From Bdellovibrionota bacterium (lineage in GTDB: Bacteria > Bdellovibrionota_C > UBA2361 > JBGSMV01), in the NCBI GenBank assembly GCA_044356455.1, contig JBIKWF010000051.1, forward strand, positions 1-28,577: a stretch of 28,577 nt of DNA. The letters run 5' to 3'. Shown here one piece after another: positions 26,150 through 28,577 of the stretch. Position 1 is the stretch's first letter, and each line of letters starts with the position of its first letter. The position numbers and the translations under genes are program-made. The notes below the pieces were generated by a model. That model saw only the letters and a program-made list of their open reading frames with translations. It was not told where the DNA came from and did no database searches.

Positions 26150-27397
26150 ATGGCTATCACCGCTCAAGCGAAACAAGAAGTTGGGCGTCTGCCCCCTCCA
26201 TCGGAAACTTTGGCGTTTCCCAGGAATAAGCGTGAAGAGCCACATGGCGCTTCTCTTGCGTCCATTCTTTCCTCGTGCGCAGAGCGCGTTGCTGCATCCC
26301 CGCACACCCTGCTTGTTGAACTGCGAAGAGGGGAGTGTCTTCTCTTAAGGGCAGCGAGCAAACCAGAACTTGAGCTCTTAACTCTCGCCGTCGCTCGCTT
26401 TGTAAAGACGCATGGCAAAACGCCAGATGGACTGCGTGAAGTAACGGTGGTCCCTAAGGTAGAAGTTTCAGCTGCGTTTGCCGCGTCAGGAAAGAGTTTG
26501 CCTGGCAATGCGGTCGGTACTACGCCCGATGAGAATGGGCGAGTGGTTCTTAGTTCTGCGGTATTCGAGCGTAGTGGAGTGTTCGGTTCTTGGGGGAAGC
26601 TTAGAAGTTCAGCGAGGCTTGAAAACATCCTTGCTTTTCTAGATGAGCGTGAGAGCGCTCTTTTAGGAGCTTTTCATCAAAATCCAGAACTTCGAGTTCG
26701 GACCTTGCAGGCTCAGAGACTTAGAATTGGCCAGGCTGAGGTAAATCTAGCGCCTCAGGAGGGAGCTCCCTATGGAGTAATCCAAGGCCGTCCAATTCTT
26801 GGAAGAGATATGCCTGTCCTTGAATCCGTGTATGCGGGTTCTGCGGGGAGAGTCCTCAAGGTGGTAAAGGCCGAGGCAGGGAGTCTTCTTCATAGGGAGG
26901 TCTCCGAGCTTCAACGGTGTATTCGGCAGCGGGAGATTGAGCGAAACGGAGCCCTTTCTTCTGGGGAAGTTCTGCGTGCGGTCTTTGACCATGTAACGAT
27001 GGCTATGGAGTACGATCTAGAGGCCGACAATAAAGTCCTGAAGCGGCTTGGAGTCTGGCACTCCCAGGCACTGGATCAGATCAAGGTCGATTTTAATTAT
27101 TGGGTCGAACTAGGCCGCGGCGTATGCGGGGATATGGCGATATTCGCCGCGTCTCTTAGCGAGTTATTGGTGCGAAATGGTACGCTCAACGCCGCGATTT
27201 CGTTTGAGCGCAGCAACATGCGAGACGGCACCGCGCACGCATGGGCTCGGGCAACAACCTCAGAGGGACAGGTTTATTTTCTTGACCCTGCAGGTACGTT
27301 TTTTGGTGGAAGGGAAGAGGTTCCCTTCGATATGTTGGAATATTTGCGTCCCGAAGATAGTAAGTTTCTTCTCTCTACTCCCCAGCTGCTTGGGTAA
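26150..27397 (+). CDS. Transglutaminase-like (Cys-His-Asp triad) domain protein
   Basis: AVFDHV...MEYD, GRGVCGDMA, AHAWA and YFLDP in the C-terminal third; no signal peptide. Confidence 0.75.
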   Translation: MAITAQAKQEVGRLPPPSETLAFPRNKREEPHGASLASILSSCAERVAASPHTLLVELRRGECLLLRAASKPELELLTLAVARFVKTHGKTPDGLREVTVVPKVEVSAAFAASGKSLPGNAVGTTPDENGRVVLSSAVFERSGVFGSWGKLRSSARLENILAFLDERESALLGAFHQNPELRVRTLQAQRLRIGQAEVNLAPQEGAPYGVIQGRPILGRDMPVLESVYAGSAGRVLKVVKAEAGSLLHREVSELQRCIRQREIERNGALSSGEVLRAVFDHVTMAMEYDLEADNKVLKRLGVWHSQALDQIKVDFNYWVELGRGVCGDMAIFAASLSELLVRNGTLNAAISFERSNMRDGTAHAWARATTSEGQVYFLDPAGTFFGGREEVPFDMLEYLRPEDSKFLLSTPQLLG

Positions 27398-27465
27398 GCC
27401 TGAAGGTCTTCTTCATACACAGAGGTGTATGAAGTCTGGAAGTTTACTAGTGCTTCCGTCGGCTG

Positions 27466-28524
27466 CTATTTGGAGTGACTAAGCAGCAGGAAATTGCAAA
27501 GCTTATAAAGCATTCTCGCACCCACATTCGCGTCCCACTCAGTTTCCCCGGGTGAAACTTCGTTCAAATCAAAACCTATAAGCTTTCGCCCAGAACTGAC
27601 CACTTCGCGAATTAGGTACACGGCCTGTTCAAATTCAAGCCCGCCAGGTACGGGGGTTCCCGTGTGAGGGCAAAGCTTTGGATCCAGACCGTCAATGTCG
27701 AAACTGAGGTACACCTTTTCAGGCAGGTCGTTCACTATTCTTGTGCAAATGGATTTCCAGGAGTGACCCGCGTAGAGGTCCGCCTTGAGGCTGGCATCGA
27801 AATACGTTTTGACACGGCCCTTTGAGCCACTGATGACATTGGCTTCCGCCTCGCAAAAGTCTCGGATTCCGACTTGTACTAGCTTTTTCACTTGAGGAAT
27901 GGTGAGGGCATTCCACATGATAGAAGCGTGCGAATAGGTAAAGCCCTCGTAGGCGTCTCGCAAATCACAGTGCGCATCGATTTGTAGAATGCAGAAACTG
28001 TCATGTATTTCAGAGAGAGCGTCAATAAATCCAAGGGGAGTGCTGTGGTCGCCCCCTACAAGTCCGACAAGCTTTCCCGCCTTTAAGAGGGTTGAGGTGC
28101 GGGACTTCATTTCTTGCCGAAACTTTGCGCACGCCGCATTTATTTCATCACGGATCTCTCGCATCGCTTGGTCGGAAGAGAGCTCTCCGCCTTCAGAGAG
28201 AAACGAGATATAACGCTCTGCCTTTGGCCGTAGCTGCCCAGAAATCTGAGCCCACTCAGAAGGGATTTCCTGCATTGCAAAACCCTGCTTCCAGCCGCCG
28301 GGAAAGTCTTGGTCGTGAAGGTCAACCTGGTACGAGGCTTCGAGAATCGCAGCTGGACCCTCTTTTGTTCCCGCGCGGTACGATACCGTCGTATCCCAAG
28401 GGGCGGGGACAAGGATTATTTTTGATTCTTCTTCACTGAGCGGAAGCCCAAAGATTTGGTTTGAGGCGAGTCCGACGTCGTTAGGGTCAAAGTCTTCTAG
28501 TTTCTTTAGGTCAGGGGTGCTCAT
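27466..28524 (-). CDS. speB: Agmatinase/arginase-family ureohydrolase
   Basis: PWDTTVSYRAGT..GP.AI, GGDHS, QIDAHCDLR, SHAS, SFDIDGLDP...TGTPVPGG and D.NEV metal-binding motifs. Confidence 0.92.
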   Translation of the reverse strand: MSTPDLKKLEDFDPNDVGLASNQIFGLPLSEEESKIILVPAPWDTTVSYRAGTKEGPAAILEASYQVDLHDQDFPGGWKQGFAMQEIPSEWAQISGQLRPKAERYISFLSEGGELSSDQAMREIRDEINAACAKFRQEMKSRTSTLLKAGKLVGLVGGDHSTPLGFIDALSEIHDSFCILQIDAHCDLRDAYEGFTYSHASIMWNALTIPQVKKLVQVGIRDFCEAEANVISGSKGRVKTYFDASLKADLYAGHSWKSICTRIVNDLPEKVYLSFDIDGLDPKLCPHTGTPVPGGLEFEQAVYLIREVVSSGRKLIGFDLNEVSPGETEWDANVGARMLYKLCNFLLLSHSK

Positions 28525-28577
28525 GAGAACTTAAGTTTAGGAAGGGTTGTAAAATAAGAAGGCGGTGCTTGAGGAGC

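Overview
Bacterial chromosomal window of roughly balanced GC, mostly accessory, surface and orphan genes. No rRNA, tRNA, CRISPR array or transposase is visible. The gene content (solitary flagellin, Flp-type pilin, DUF6502/DUF6901-like proteins, many orphans) suggests an uncultured deltaproteobacterial/Bdellovibrionota-like lineage; this is inference only. Recognisable genes are flagellin, a Flp/Tad-type pilin, an RBBP9/YdeN hydrolase, a RegB/RegA two-component pair, a Y4yA-like fold-III PLP enzyme, a cysteine-synthase/rhodanese fusion, DoxX, an FAD monooxygenase and an agmatinase-family enzyme. Four things stand out. (1) A probable RegA-controlled, Cys/His-rich sulfur or amino-acid module at 12671-18645, with a RegA-box palindrome, an MCPLC membrane protein, an orphan resembling a heme-oxygenase-like diiron oxidase and an alternative-hairpin leader. 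(2) A secreted collagen fibre ending in three FGG..NP.TG..SCP repeats resembling the P2/MABP domain of animal MPEG1/perforin-2. (3) Several effector-like orphans (HopA1-like, zincin-like, transglutaminase-like, pore-former-like). (4) A 130-bp foldback MITE with TIRs and a CTAA duplication, its relatives, and a GTAG-type REP pair. All family calls come from reading motifs by eye; no database search was run.
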